Part shown: piece after piece, positions 29,163-39,906 of the stretch
How positions within the stretch are numbered: the stretch's first letter is position 1
Layout of the letters: every line of letters starts with the position of its first letter
Source of the DNA: Thermoproteota archaeon
GTDB lineage: Archaea; Korarchaeota; Korarchaeia; Korarchaeales; Korarchaeaceae
Length of the DNA: 64,000 nucleotides
Reading direction: 5' to 3'
Assembly (NCBI GenBank): GCA_026986575.1
Contig: JALSOH010000004.1
Location: 224,001 to 288,000, forward strand
Notes under the pieces: model-generated
Told to the model about the DNA's origin: nothing
The model's input: only the letters and a program-made list of their open reading frames with translations
Database searches by the model: none
Position numbers and translations under genes: made by a program

Positions 29163-30212
29163 TCATCCAGATGGAGGAGCAAGTAGCTTGTATAACACTT
29201 CTGGGTCGACCTTGCTTGCCCGGCCCAATAGGACTGTTTTTATGCTCTGTGATTCCCACTCTGAGGCCACTAGATACATGATTATATAGGCAAGGGTCAT
29301 AGATCCCTTTAAGGAGATCCTTAAGCCATCCATGTAAGCCCTCTTCCCGATAACATGCTCGATCACCCAAGGTTCACCGACTTCCTTCAAGGCATTCCTG
29401 ATCTCTACGGCTAGGGCCTTATATGGGGGCAGATTAATGAGCTCGTCGAGGAACTCGGGCAGAGTCCCCGTCTTATCAGATATCCTTAGCAATCTCTTGA
29501 AGGGAATCCTGCGGAACGCTATTGATAGGAGCTCCCTGTCCACCTCTAGATACTTAGCTTTCAGCAACGTCCTGAGGAACACATTCTCGGCATAAGAGTA
29601 GACGATCTGATATATGGGGGACTGCTTCCCAGCCTTTATCTCCTTCAAGTGGGAGAAGAGCTTGTCTATGTAGTACCTGTCGAGGGCGAGATCGATCTCC
29701 GTGACCTCACGGCTACCGCTGAGCCATGTCGAGAGGAGCCGTTTCAACCTCTTGTCGTCCAGCATCTCGAGCAGATCCTCGAATCTTTTAGCCTTTGAGA
29801 GCTTGTCTACATCGATTACGCCAAATCTAGCAGGAAGTAGCCTAAGCTCCTCCTGCTTCCTTCCAAAAAGTAGGGAGAACACAATCCTCCTGAGGTTTTC
29901 TATATCATATTTGCTCATGAAAGTTGTGATCAGTCCCTCGATCCTAGTGCCTCTAGATAGGGACATTACCCTCCTAGCCCTGAATGAGTTGACCTTGATG
30001 CATACGTCTTCCACCTTGGCCACATTGCTCAAATCCTCGGGTCCCTCGAAGAAACTACCGTAGAGAGTCGGTGACAGCTTATCGAACAGGCTTTCATCGC
30101 TCTCAACAAAGACCCATGATCTTATGTCCTCGGGATCCAACAAGTGGGACTTTAGACCATGAGTTCTGACTACCAGATACTTCTCCTTAGCTCTCTTAAG
30201 CATCTCAAGCAC
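29163..30212 (-). CDS. atpC: A1A0 ATP synthase subunit C (d/AC39 family)
   Basis: YLVVRTHGLKSHLL, KYDIENLR, LALDRYY; position in the ATP synthase operon. Confidence 0.82.
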   Translation of the reverse strand: MLEMLKRAKEKYLVVRTHGLKSHLLDPEDIRSWVFVESDESLFDKLSPTLYGSFFEGPEDLSNVAKVEDVCIKVNSFRARRVMSLSRGTRIEGLITTFMSKYDIENLRRIVFSLLFGRKQEELRLLPARFGVIDVDKLSKAKRFEDLLEMLDDKRLKRLLSTWLSGSREVTEIDLALDRYYIDKLFSHLKEIKAGKQSPIYQIVYSYAENVFLRTLLKAKYLEVDRELLSIAFRRIPFKRLLRISDKTGTLPEFLDELINLPPYKALAVEIRNALKEVGEPWVIEHVIGKRAYMDGLRISLKGSMTLAYIIMYLVASEWESQSIKTVLLGRASKVDPEVLYKLLAPPSG

Positions 30213-30828
30213 CCCTCTTCAGCTGCCTATACTTCTTCACGCGGAGGAATTCTTCTAGAGCGTCCTCTTCCAGCGCCTCCTCTATGTACTTTATGGCGGC
30301 CTCGTGATCAGGTATTATTATCTTTTCTAATGCATTCACCTTCCTCATTGTATCGGCAAGGGCCGCAGCCAGCCTTTCAAACTTGGCCTCGGAGTTTACT
30401 AGCGGCATAAGCTCCTTTATCGCCTCTGAGAACTTCCTAGCAGCGGCTATTACCACTGCGTTCAAGGATGGAGATGTAGCCAAAGCGAACTCCCTTATCT
30501 CTATCTCGGGTATCTCCACGCCAATGACGCTCCGCACCTTCATTTCCGTGAGGAGGGGCATAGTCAACAAGGCCGCTTTCCTCATCTCATCGGGTCCGGC
30601 AGCGGCGTAAGCCAGCCTTAGAAGCTTGTAGGCCTCCTCTAACTTCTTCTCGACCTCGCTCCTCCTCCTAAGATCTGGAAGCAAGTTCTGACTTTCCTTG
30701 ACCAGCTGGTCTCTCTTCATCTTGAGGGCGTCAACTCCCGAGCGGAGGAGACGCGTTCTCTCCCTTAAGCGGATCAAGAATCCCTTGGTGGGGAGGACCC
30801 TCCCCACGGAGCGGAAGCTCAATCTCAC
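30205..30828 (-). CDS. atpD: A1A0 ATP synthase subunit D
   Basis: [30 protein letters not shown]. Confidence 0.92.
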   Translation of the reverse strand: MRLSFRSVGRVLPTKGFLIRLRERTRLLRSGVDALKMKRDQLVKESQNLLPDLRRRSEVEKKLEEAYKLLRLAYAAAGPDEMRKAALLTMPLLTEMKVRSVIGVEIPEIEIREFALATSPSLNAVVIAAARKFSEAIKELMPLVNSEAKFERLAAALADTMRKVNALEKIIIPDHEAAIKYIEEALEEDALEEFLRVKKYRQLKRGA

Positions 30829-32231
30829 TCACCCTCTGCCTGGGCTGCGATCCTCCTCTTCGGGTGGAACTTGTTAAGGGTCTTCTCGCTTATTCTCGTC
30901 AGTTCAGCTTCGGGCAGTATGGACAGTATGTCCCAAGCGATGTCCAGAGTCTCCTCTATACTCCTCCTCTCCCTGAAGCCTTGAGCCACGAACTCTCTCT
31001 CGAACCTCCTAGCGAACTCCAAGTACAGCTTCTCCCTCGGGCTCAGTCCCGCCTCACCTACTATCTGGACGAGCTCCCTAGCCTTGGTACCCTGGCTGTA
31101 AGCGGCGTAGAGCTGATCTGAGACCTCCTTGTGGTCTTCCCTAGTCTTTCCTGGACCTATACCGTCCTTCATGAGTCTGCTAAGACTTGGCAGGACGTTG
31201 ATCGGTGGATAGATGCCCCTGTTGTGGAGATCCAAGTCTAAGAATATCTGACCTTCGGTGATGTAGCCCGTCAGATCAGGTATGGGGTGGGTCAGGTCCC
31301 CGCCGGGCATGGTGAGTATGGGCATGAAGGTTATCGAGCCGGACCTGCCGATTATCCTGCCTGCCCTCTCGTAGATGCTCGCTAGATCGCTATACATGTA
31401 GCCGGGATATCCCTTCCTGCTGGGTACCTCCTCCCTAGCGGAGCTGAGCTCCCTCAGCGCCTCGCAGTAGTTGGTCATGTCCGTGATTATGACTAGAACG
31501 TCCATACCCAAGTCGAACGCTAGGTACTCGGCAGCAGTCAGGGCGACCCTCGGGGTGGTTATCCTCTCTATGACCGGGTCGTTGGCTAGGTTTAGGAAGA
31601 GCACGGACCTGCTCAGCGCCCCGAATTCCTCGAACTGCCTCCTGAAGAAGAGGACGTCGTCGTACTTCAGACCTACTGCCGCGAAGACTATGGAGAACCT
31701 CTCAGCCTTTCCGGGGACGACCGCCTGCCTCGCCACCTGAGCGGCTACCTCGTTATGAGGCAGTCCGGACTCGGAGAATATTGGAAGCTTCTGGCCCCTG
31801 ACCAAGCTCAGCATTCCGTCAATGGCGGATATACCTGTCTCGATGAACTCGTCCGGGTAGTCCCTCTTGGCTGGATTTATGGGAGCGCCGTTTATGTCCC
31901 TATAGTCGTCCGCCCTTATCTTAGGGCCTCCATCTATCGGCTCACCTGCGCCGTTGAACACTCTACCGAGCATCTCATCCGACACAGGGATCTTCAGGGT
32001 CGAGCCGGTGAACTTGACCATGGCGTTGGAATCCAGCCCCTCAGTGTCGCCCAGCACCTGTATGACGACCTTATCCCTGCCGGCCTCCAGCACCTGACCG
32101 AACCATTCTCTGCCGTCCTCGGAGTAAATCCTGACCACTTCCTCGTAAGCAGCCCCGGGAACGCCCCTCATTATGACGAGGGGCCCCTTCACCTGATCAA
32201 TCCCCTTGTAAGTCAGACCATACACGGACAT
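30825..32231 (-). CDS. atpB: A1A0 ATP synthase subunit B
   Basis: [48 protein letters not shown]. Confidence 0.97.
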   Translation of the reverse strand: MSVYGLTYKGIDQVKGPLVIMRGVPGAAYEEVVRIYSEDGREWFGQVLEAGRDKVVIQVLGDTEGLDSNAMVKFTGSTLKIPVSDEMLGRVFNGAGEPIDGGPKIRADDYRDINGAPINPAKRDYPDEFIETGISAIDGMLSLVRGQKLPIFSESGLPHNEVAAQVARQAVVPGKAERFSIVFAAVGLKYDDVLFFRRQFEEFGALSRSVLFLNLANDPVIERITTPRVALTAAEYLAFDLGMDVLVIITDMTNYCEALRELSSAREEVPSRKGYPGYMYSDLASIYERAGRIIGRSGSITFMPILTMPGGDLTHPIPDLTGYITEGQIFLDLDLHNRGIYPPINVLPSLSRLMKDGIGPGKTREDHKEVSDQLYAAYSQGTKARELVQIVGEAGLSPREKLYLEFARRFEREFVAQGFRERRSIEETLDIAWDILSILPEAELTRISEKTLNKFHPKRRIAAQAEGE

Positions 32232-32232
32232 C

Positions 32233-34020
32233 TCATCTCACCTCCGCGAGAAGGGAGGATATCTCAGCCTCAAGTTGCGCTATAGCCTCCTTGACAGCGT
32301 TCTCGAATTCCTCCTCGGGCACGAACTTGAGCCTCCTGAGGAGACCCAGTGATCTCATCTCGGCTATCCTAGATACGGGGACTCCTGCATCTATCATGGG
32401 TCTGGCTCTATCGTAGAACTCCAGCAGCGTCTTCAGGAGGAGGGCCTGCTTCTTCGGGGAGCAATAGGTATCTACCTCGTGGTAGGCGTTCTGCACCAAG
32501 AACCCCTCCTTGATGAGCTCAGCAGACAGGAGGACGAGCCTGTTCTCATCGGAGAGAGCCGCCTCCCCCACTACTCTGGCCACTTCCTCCAGACTGGAGG
32601 CCCTCTGCAGAAGGGCCATGGCCTTATCCCTGTAAGCCATCATGTCATGTCCGGTGTTCTTGATCCACCACTCCTTCAATCCACCGGTATACTTTGAGAA
32701 GCTCCTCAGCCAGTTTATGGACGGGAAGTGCCTCTTGAACGCCAAGTCCTTGTCTAGAGCCCAGAAGGCGCCCACGTATCTCATAGTGTGTTGAGTGACG
32801 GGCTCGTTGAGGTCCCCTCCGGAGGGACTCACGGCCCCTATAACAGCGACGGACCCTAATTCGTCCCTCCTACCTTGGACCTTAATCCTACCAGCCCTCT
32901 CGTAGAACGAGGCTATGTAGTCAGGTAGATAGGCTGGATATCCCCTCTCAGATGGTATCTCCTCAAGCCTAGAGCTGAGCTCTCTCAGCGCCTCGGCCCA
33001 TCTGGAGGTAGAATCTGCCGTAAGGACTACATGAAGCCCCATGTCTCTGTAATACTCAGCGTAAGTGATTCCCATGAAGATGCTGGCTTCTCTAGCGGGG
33101 ACGGGCATGTTGCTGGTGTTGGCTATAAGGACGCTCCTCTCGAGCAGGGGTCTCCCGCTCTTGGGGTCTACCAGCTTCGGGAAGGTGTGGAGCAAATCGG
33201 TCATCTCATTACCTCTCTCCCCGCAACCCACGTACACCACAACATCTGCATCTGCCCATTTCGAGATTTGATGGAGGGTAACCGTCTTACCGGTACCGAA
33301 GCCACCAGGCACGGCGGAAGTGCCTCCCTTAACTATGGGAAAGAAGGTGTCTATCACCCTCTGCCCGGTTACTAGAAGCTCCACGGGGGCTAGCTTCTCC
33401 CTGAAAGGTCTAGGTGTCCTGACAGGCCATTTATGATACATCTTAACCTCTTCCTTACCGCCTATGTGCTCCACCACGACTACAGGCTCCTCTATAGTAT
33501 AGTCCCCCTCAGGAAGGACCTCTATGACCCTGGCCTTCTCTATGGTCGGCGGGAGCATTATCTTATGAGTGACGGATCCCTCTGGGACGGTTCCTAGGAC
33601 ATCCCCAGCGACGACATCGTCTCCAGGCTTGACCAAGGGGGTCCACTGCCACTTCTTATCCCTAGGGAGGGTGGGCGCCTTAATTCCTCTGGTGATGAAT
33701 GGACCACCAGCTTTCTCGGCTATGACTTCTAAGGGCCTGCCCAGTCCATCGAGAACCTGTCCTAGTAGTCCCGGCCCTAATTCAGCTGAGAGAGGCTCCC
33801 CAGTCCTCTCGACAGGTTCACCCGCCTTCACTCCACCAGTAGGCTCGTAGACCTGTATTATCGCTTTGTCTCCTTCTATCCTGACTATTTCACCTATGAG
33901 TCTCTCCTCCCCGACGTAAACGACCTCCCTGATCTTGGCACCCCTCATTCCCTCGGCTTCTACTACGGGACCCTTTATGTGGACGATAACACCTTTACCC
34001 TCATAAACTAACTCGGACAA
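32233..34020 (-). CDS. atpA: A1A0 ATP synthase subunit A
   Basis: GGFGTGKT Walker [33 protein letters not shown]; no intein. Confidence 0.97.
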   Translation of the reverse strand: MSELVYEGKGVIVHIKGPVVEAEGMRGAKIREVVYVGEERLIGEIVRIEGDKAIIQVYEPTGGVKAGEPVERTGEPLSAELGPGLLGQVLDGLGRPLEVIAEKAGGPFITRGIKAPTLPRDKKWQWTPLVKPGDDVVAGDVLGTVPEGSVTHKIMLPPTIEKARVIEVLPEGDYTIEEPVVVVEHIGGKEEVKMYHKWPVRTPRPFREKLAPVELLVTGQRVIDTFFPIVKGGTSAVPGGFGTGKTVTLHQISKWADADVVVYVGCGERGNEMTDLLHTFPKLVDPKSGRPLLERSVLIANTSNMPVPAREASIFMGITYAEYYRDMGLHVVLTADSTSRWAEALRELSSRLEEIPSERGYPAYLPDYIASFYERAGRIKVQGRRDELGSVAVIGAVSPSGGDLNEPVTQHTMRYVGAFWALDKDLAFKRHFPSINWLRSFSKYTGGLKEWWIKNTGHDMMAYRDKAMALLQRASSLEEVARVVGEAALSDENRLVLLSAELIKEGFLVQNAYHEVDTYCSPKKQALLLKTLLEFYDRARPMIDAGVPVSRIAEMRSLGLLRRLKFVPEEEFENAVKEAIAQLEAEISSLLAEVR

Positions 34021-34023
34021 GCT

Positions 34024-34641
34024 TTACACCCCCTCAAACAACTTACCTATTAGCTCTATTTCCTTGGCCTCTCTGTAGGCCCTCAGCCTACCATCGAAGG
34101 TGTTGTAGTACCTCCTCTCATCCCCGCTGTCCCTCACCACAACCCCTCCTATGACTGGAACCGTTCTCTTGTCAACGGAGGCCTTTATACCTTCCTTCTC
34201 CAACTTCTTAGCTACCTTTTCGAGCAGAGACCCATCCTTCTCTCTACCCATGAGGAATACCTCCTTCTCTCCTAGGATCTTCGCTCCCTCTAGTGAGTAT
34301 TTCGTCAGTATCTCCTCGTAGTTCCATCCCGGCTCTTGGCCATCGGCTGTAGCGGCTAGCTTCTCGTGCACTCTCCTGAAGAATTCCCTTAGCATCTCGG
34401 ATTTGGTCATGAGAACTATCTGATTAGCCTCTACCTCAGCAGCGCTTCTCTTCCTCGCAATTTCTTCCCTCATCTCCCTCTCTGCCCTTTCCCTCCTAGA
34501 TCTCAGTATCTCCTCCGCCTCTCTCCGAGCTGACTCAATGATCTCCTTAGCTCTCTTCTCGGCCTCCTTCCTGATGGCATTAGCCCGGTCCTCGGCCATC
34601 TTGAGGATAGCCCTGACGATGGCCTCGGAGTCCTTATCCAC
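34024..34641 (-). CDS. atpE: A1A0 ATP synthase subunit E
   Basis: Charged N-terminal helix, IGGVVV, YNTFDGRL, LF C-terminus. Confidence 0.88.
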   Translation of the reverse strand: MDKDSEAIVRAILKMAEDRANAIRKEAEKRAKEIIESARREAEEILRSRRERAEREMREEIARKRSAAEVEANQIVLMTKSEMLREFFRRVHEKLAATADGQEPGWNYEEILTKYSLEGAKILGEKEVFLMGREKDGSLLEKVAKKLEKEGIKASVDKRTVPVIGGVVVRDSGDERRYYNTFDGRLRAYREAKEIELIGKLFEGV

Positions 34642-34642
34642 A

Positions 34643-34954
34643 CTAACTACTTCCTCCCCACTCACCCTCGAGCACCTCCCTAACGACTTCATCGACTAGG
34701 GAACTCATCCTCTCGGATGCAACCCTCTTTAGCTCCTCAGCTTTCACCTTAGCTCTATCAACAATCTCCTTAACTTCTCTCTCTATATCTTCCATTACAG
34801 CTACCTCTACTGGCGTGTTCTTGGCTTCCTCGACTATTTTCTTTGCCTCCTCCTCGGCCTCCTCAATTATCCTTTTGGCTTCCTCCTCTGCCTCCTGAAT
34901 AATCTTGGCAGCCTCCTTCTCGGCCTCCATAATTGCCTCAACTAATCTTGGCAT
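34643..34954 (-). CDS. atpH: A1A0 ATP synthase subunit H (G)
   Basis: IMEAEKEA plus repeated EAEEEAKRIIEEA helix; operon position. Confidence 0.8.
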   Translation of the reverse strand: MPRLVEAIMEAEKEAAKIIQEAEEEAKRIIEEAEEEAKKIVEEAKNTPVEVAVMEDIEREVKEIVDRAKVKAEELKRVASERMSSLVDEVVREVLEGEWGGSS

Positions 34955-34970
34955 TTCTCTCACCTCACGA

Positions 34971-35315
34971 TCAGAACTTCAGCTCCTCGCTACCTAAAGC
35001 CCTAGCCAGCAAGGATGCCAGCTCCTTCAACCTCACACCTCTTGCACCTTCCATGTCGGGCACCACTGCGAACACAGGGCTCACTTTACCCCTTCTGAGT
35101 AGATCTTCCCTGTAATCTCTGATCTCCTCAGCTACCCTCTCGTTGATGAATACCACATGTGGTAACTCACTCTCGTTGTCCCTGAAAAATCTTATCAGAT
35201 TCCTGCGACCCTTGATTACCTTCGCAGGCACTCCGATCATCTCGAATCCCAGAGCGAGCACTTCGTCGTCCGTCACAGCTATAGGGGAGCTGGCAATCCT
35301 CGTCCGTTCGCTCAC
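34971..35315 (-). CDS. atpF: A1A0 ATP synthase subunit F
   Basis: IAVTDDEVLALGFEMIGV, P.FAVVPD, LARALG. Confidence 0.85.
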   Translation of the reverse strand: MSERTRIASSPIAVTDDEVLALGFEMIGVPAKVIKGRRNLIRFFRDNESELPHVVFINERVAEEIRDYREDLLRRGKVSPVFAVVPDMEGARGVRLKELASLLARALGSEELKF

Positions 35316-35340
35316 CGAAGCACCCCATGCCCGAAAGTTG

Positions 35341-35355
35341 GAAAATTATAAAAAG
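35341..35355 (+). promoter_or_regulatory. BRE/TATA element between divergent atpF and tRNA-Leu
   Basis: GAAAATTATAAAAAG about 25-30 nt upstream of tRNA-Leu. Confidence 0.45.
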
Positions 35356-35376
35356 CCATATAGCCCGCTTACCCTA

Positions 35377-35463
35377 GCGGGGGTGGCCGAGCTCGGACCA
35401 AGGCGGCGGACTTAAGATCCGCTGGGCGTCAGGCCCGCGTGGGTTCGAATCCCACCCCCCGCA
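35377..35463 (+). tRNA. tRNA-Leu(TAA), CCA not encoded
   Basis: GCGGGGG acceptor stem, GCGGA-CT-TAA-GA-TCCGC anticodon arm, long variable arm, GGTTCGAATCC T-loop. Confidence 0.95.
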
Positions 35464-35496
35464 CTAGGGCCCCGCCGCCTTTCACCCCTTCATGAG

Positions 35497-36078
35497 GTGA
35501 GCATCTGCTTGGGAGTGGAAAGGGAAGTCAAGCTGAAGATCCCCCATAGCGAATTTCTGAGCCTTTTGAGGAGGAAGAAGATTTCTTTCAAGATACTTGA
35601 AACTATAGAGCAGGAGGATTTCTATGTAGATACTCGCTCCTGTGACCTCCTCACCTCAGGAAGGGTATTGAGGGTGAGGGTCATGGGAAATCTCGTTAGA
35701 GTCACTTACAAGGGGGGAAGGAAAAGCGGAGGTATAGAGAAGGTTAGGGAGGAGATTGAAGGGGAATTAGGGGATGAGAAATGCGGGAAAGCCCTATCTA
35801 AAGCAGGAATAAATGTAAATTGCCCGTCCGAACTCGACGAGCTGATGGACCTGCTCTCCAATGAAGGTTATGAGGTGAAGATCGTTGTGTGGAAGAGAAG
35901 GACGCCTGTCCTTTTGGATGGATTCGATGTAGAAGTCACACTGGATTACGTGAGAGATTTGGGAGAGTTCGTGGAGGTGGAGGGAGACGACGCAATGGAT
36001 TTAGTGCGACTACTCGGCGTAGCATGCAGAGCAGTTATACCCAGCTACGCTGATCTAATCCACGCCCTTAAGCAGTGA
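35497..36078 (+). CDS. cyaB: CYTH domain protein (class IV adenylate cyclase-like)
   Basis: EREVKL (ExExK), QEDFY, LRVR, TYKG, REEIE, KRR, LGEFVEVE. Confidence 0.85.
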   Translation: MSICLGVEREVKLKIPHSEFLSLLRRKKISFKILETIEQEDFYVDTRSCDLLTSGRVLRVRVMGNLVRVTYKGGRKSGGIEKVREEIEGELGDEKCGKALSKAGINVNCPSELDELMDLLSNEGYEVKIVVWKRRTPVLLDGFDVEVTLDYVRDLGEFVEVEGDDAMDLVRLLGVACRAVIPSYADLIHALKQ

Positions 36079-37374
36079 TTTAACGCCTGATTTCTCAAGC
36101 AAATCCAGAGAGGCCCTCTCTGCCTCAGCAAAGATATCCTCCTCGTCCCTCCTGGTAAATTTGCCGTCTTCTAAGATCACCTCGCCATCTATAAAGACAT
36201 ACCTCACATCTGTGGATCTAGCGGAGTAGACCAGATGGGACACTACGGAGTGAAGAGGTACCCACCAAGGTACTTTGACGTTCAGAAGAACAACATCTCC
36301 CCTGTATCCCCTACGGATCCTACCGATCTTCCATCGGAGGAAATCTCCGGGTATTTTAGTGGCCATGTCCAGCGCCATTTGAGCCGGAATTGCCTTAGGA
36401 TCCCTTTTCGAGACCTTGTGAATGAGAGCGGTCACCTTCATGGTCTCAAACATATCTAGGGTGTTGTTGCTGGCCGGTCCGTCGGTACCAAGGGAAACCC
36501 TAGCCCCCCTCTCCACTAGATCTGGGACCGGGGAGATCCCTGAGGCCAGCTTAAGATTGCTCACTGGATTGTGAGATACTAAGGTGGATGTCTCCCTAAG
36601 GAGAGCGATCTCCCTCTGGCTAGGCCAAACTACGTGCGCAGCGACAGTTCTATCACCCAATATACCGTATTCATGGGCCAGCTCTATCACCCCCTTCCCG
36701 TACCTCTCTTTGATATCAGACACCTCCTTCTCGGTCTCCGCTAGGTGAATCTGGATGATGGACCTATTCTCCCTCGCCTTCTCTGAAATTTCCCTCATCC
36801 TCTCCGGAGAGACCGTGTAGGGAGCGTGAGGACCATAACCCGGCTCGATCAATGGGTGATCATGCCACTTCTGAACGAATCGTTCCGCCAAAACCATACA
36901 CTCGTCTACATTCTTGCATTCCGGCGTTCCAAAGTCTATTATCGCCTCGCTCAACACACCCCTCATCCCCAGATCGCTTAGGACCTCAGCTACAATGTCC
37001 TCAAAGAAGTACATATCGAAGATCGTCGTGGTACCAGTTCGCACCGCCTCTAGCACTCCCAGAGCTGTTCCGGCCCTTATGTGATCCGGTCTTAGATGAG
37101 ATTCCATGGGCCAGATCTTCTCCTGCAACCACGGGAATAGGTCCATGTCATCGGCCACTCCCCTCAGAAGGGTCATCGGTATGTGGGAGTGTGTGTTAAT
37201 CAACCCGGGAATTGCCACCATGCCGCTCCCATCAATCACCTCATCGACAGGCCCCTTCACATCACCCACATCCTCGATCGCTCCGTCCTTTATCAGGATG
37301 CTTGCTCCCTTCAGGATCCTCCTCCCATCGTCCTGAGTGATCACATACTCCAGCCCCTTGATGAGCACTTCCAA
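36055..37374 (-). CDS. mtaD: 5-methylthioadenosine/S-adenosylhomocysteine deaminase family amidohydrolase
   Basis: PGLINTHSH, LRGVADD, PHAPYT, HLAET, HNPVSNLKLASG, GTDGPASNN. Confidence 0.85.
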   Translation of the reverse strand: MEVLIKGLEYVITQDDGRRILKGASILIKDGAIEDVGDVKGPVDEVIDGSGMVAIPGLINTHSHIPMTLLRGVADDMDLFPWLQEKIWPMESHLRPDHIRAGTALGVLEAVRTGTTTIFDMYFFEDIVAEVLSDLGMRGVLSEAIIDFGTPECKNVDECMVLAERFVQKWHDHPLIEPGYGPHAPYTVSPERMREISEKARENRSIIQIHLAETEKEVSDIKERYGKGVIELAHEYGILGDRTVAAHVVWPSQREIALLRETSTLVSHNPVSNLKLASGISPVPDLVERGARVSLGTDGPASNNTLDMFETMKVTALIHKVSKRDPKAIPAQMALDMATKIPGDFLRWKIGRIRRGYRGDVVLLNVKVPWWVPLHSVVSHLVYSARSTDVRYVFIDGEVILEDGKFTRRDEEDIFAEAERASLDLLEKSGVKSLLKGVD

Positions 37375-37442
37375 GGAAATCCCCCTCACCAGCAGCCGGA
37401 TAAATTAAATAGACGTTACTGGATTCCAGCTCGGTATCTCAA

Positions 37443-39074
37443 ATGAAGTGGAAGGTCCTTGTCCTATTGACGATTGTTCTGACGTTTCCTGCAGTGATCC
37501 CCTCGACTCAGCAGGAGGGGAGTGGGCATTACACCTACATATACACGGTAAAGGAGAGCGGCTGGATAGACATAGTGACTCGGTTCAACTCGACAGTAGA
37601 GGGAAGTACCTGGGTCCTTGTGCCGAAGTTCAGGGACTACAACTTCACGGTCCTCTCAGGGTCCATTAAGGATAAGAAGCTAATAAGAGACACATCCTAC
37701 TACTTCTACTCGAACCTCACGTTCTCATATACACCAGGAACTAGTGTGGAGATCTCTTGGAGTTACAGATTCGGCGCTCTCATCGTAGAACCCAACGGAG
37801 CGTTCTTCTCCACGCAGATAGCCTTCTCTCGGGGAGATGATGCGACCATACTGGTGAAACTTCCAACAGGCTTCATTCCTCAGGGGATCGAGCCGAAGGG
37901 ATACGAGCTTCGGAGAGAGGGAGACTACAATGTGGTGGAGTACGATGTGGATGGGAGCAAGAACAACACGATGAGGGTCCTCATATCGTTCAAGGTGAAG
38001 AATGGTCAGGAGTTCAGGAAAAGGGAGGTCGGCAAGCTCACTATAAGCTACCCGCCCAGATACGAGGACGTTGTCGACAATATAACCAAGTACTACGAGG
38101 CCACTCTACCCTTAATAGAGGAGTACACATCTGTTAAAGAGGAGATACCTGTCAAAGTCAAGTTGTTCGTGCCGGGGACCATGGAGGAGATAACAACCCT
38201 AGGATACACGGGACCTAGGTTCACTTCTGATGTGATAACTCAAGGAGAGATAAACCTGAACATGATGCTGGTCAGGATGCCCGATTACGAGCTGCCGAAC
38301 ACCTTCGTACACGAACTCCTCCACCAGTACATGCAGGCAGCAGGACTCAGTGTGGACCTGAGGTGGGCTCACGAAGGTTTGGCCCAATATTTAAGCTCTG
38401 TGATAGTTGAGAAGGCGCTTAAATTCCACGTTCCCTACGATAAGGAAGCTGAAAGAGCCGTGATGATGCAAACCGGTGGAGACCTCAGTTTCATCTTAGG
38501 ATGGAAGGGCGGAGGCCTCCCGGGCAATCCCGGTCTATACTACGCGGCTAGTGAGGTCCTGATAAGGAGGCTGGCGAACAAGTACGGAGGACCCGACCTC
38601 TACAAGAGGTTCTTCCAGCTTATCAGGAGAGACAGGGTCATCGTCAAGGAGCCAGGGGACTTCGTCAGGTACCTCAGCGAGGCAGCTGGTCAGGACATCT
38701 CCGACTTTCTCAAGTCATTCGGCATAGACGTAGAATCGATAGATGAGACGACCCTAGCTCTAGTGAGAACAGCTAGGGAGTATGCGGAGGCCACCTCGTG
38801 GTTCAACCCATTTTCAAAGGAGGCGCTCGAGGTTCTGAGCGAGAGCAGGACTAAGGAGGCGGCCATACAGGCAATGGCAATAGTGGCGCTTGGACTTGTC
38901 ACCGAGGCCTTAATCGCCGCGGTGGTAATTTCAGGCGTCGCATTCCTTCTAAGAGGCAGGAACATTCCTTATGAACATGGATCAATCACAAACGAAAGGG
39001 AAGGGGACGGAGAGGATCTCAGAATACCCTCTCCGACTTCTCAAGATGAAGCAGGAAGTTCCACTTCTCCATGA
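37443..39074 (+). CDS. Secreted membrane-anchored zinc metallopeptidase (gluzincin, M1/MA-like)
   Basis: Signal peptide, HELLH..WAHEGLAQY, downstream Y motif, C-terminal TM helix. Confidence 0.75.
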   Translation: MKWKVLVLLTIVLTFPAVIPSTQQEGSGHYTYIYTVKESGWIDIVTRFNSTVEGSTWVLVPKFRDYNFTVLSGSIKDKKLIRDTSYYFYSNLTFSYTPGTSVEISWSYRFGALIVEPNGAFFSTQIAFSRGDDATILVKLPTGFIPQGIEPKGYELRREGDYNVVEYDVDGSKNNTMRVLISFKVKNGQEFRKREVGKLTISYPPRYEDVVDNITKYYEATLPLIEEYTSVKEEIPVKVKLFVPGTMEEITTLGYTGPRFTSDVITQGEINLNMMLVRMPDYELPNTFVHELLHQYMQAAGLSVDLRWAHEGLAQYLSSVIVEKALKFHVPYDKEAERAVMMQTGGDLSFILGWKGGGLPGNPGLYYAASEVLIRRLANKYGGPDLYKRFFQLIRRDRVIVKEPGDFVRYLSEAAGQDISDFLKSFGIDVESIDETTLALVRTAREYAEATSWFNPFSKEALEVLSESRTKEAAIQAMAIVALGLVTEALIAAVVISGVAFLLRGRNIPYEHGSITNEREGDGEDLRIPSPTSQDEAGSSTSP

Positions 39075-39906
39075 CTATTTTCTCCAACTCCTCAATTTCC
39101 TCATCACTTAACCCCCTGAATCTGTCCTGAAGCTCCAAGAACTCCTTAAGGGGTCTCTTCCTCGGTTTCACCGTTATCCTCAATTTCCCATTCTCTATCT
39201 CGTACAGAGGCCAGAAGTATGTATCTACCGCGAGCTTGGCCACTTCAGCGGTTTTACTTACTGGGGAATTCCAGCCAGGCGGACAGGTCGAGAATATGTG
39301 TATGTACCTGAATCCCTTTATTCTCTTGGCCTTCTCGAACTTGTTCGCTAGATCAAAGGGATATCCAACGCTGGCGGTAGCTACATAAGGAACTCTATGC
39401 GCCGCCACTATCATGGGCATGTCCTTAGGCATCTCCCTCTTACCAGTCGGAGTGGTCTTGGTCCAAGCCATGAGAGGTGTGGCGCCTGACCTCTGAATAC
39501 CCGTGTTCATATATGCTTCATTATCGTAACATACGTAGATTATGTCCTCTCCCCTCTCCGCGGCCCCTGATAGGGCCTGTATGCCTATGTCAACGGTTCC
39601 TCCGTCCCCTGCCCAGACGACAACGTTCACATTTCTCCCAATCATCTTATAAGCCCTGTACACCCCAGATGCCGTGGCAGCAGCTGCTGGGAATGCTATA
39701 TTGTAGAGAGGTGCCGAGATGGCGCTCTTGGGGAACGGTGACTGAATGACACTGAAGCATGAGGCAGGGACCACGTATATGGTGTTTGGTCCCAGCACCC
39801 TGGAAGCTATCCTGAACGCTAGAGTCGCTCCGCAGCCGGGACATGCTGCAGATCCCGGAAGATAGGAACCAGATTCCTTCCTCAGATCGTGTATGGTCAA
39901 TGTCAT
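39019..39906 (-). CDS. porB: Pyruvate/2-ketoisovalerate-type 2-oxoacid:ferredoxin oxidoreductase beta subunit
   Basis: ACPGCG, GDGGTVDIG, YDNEAYMNTGIQRS, CPPGW; substrate not determinable. Confidence 0.9.
   Translation of the reverse strand: MTLTIHDLRKESGSYLPGSAACPGCGATLAFRIASRVLGPNTIYVVPASCFSVIQSPFPKSAISAPLYNIAFPAAAATASGVYRAYKMIGRNVNVVVWAGDGGTVDIGIQALSGAAERGEDIIYVCYDNEAYMNTGIQRSGATPLMAWTKTTPTGKREMPKDMPMIVAAHRVPYVATASVGYPFDLANKFEKAKRIKGFRYIHIFSTCPPGWNSPVSKTAEVAKLAVDTYFWPLYEIENGKLRITVKPRKRPLKEFLELQDRFRGLSDEEIEELEKIVMEKWNFLLHLEKSERVF

Noticed and set aside
34830-34930. Repeated GCCTCCTC units
   Set aside because: They encode the EAEEEAK helix of ATP synthase subunit H; not a DNA repeat element.
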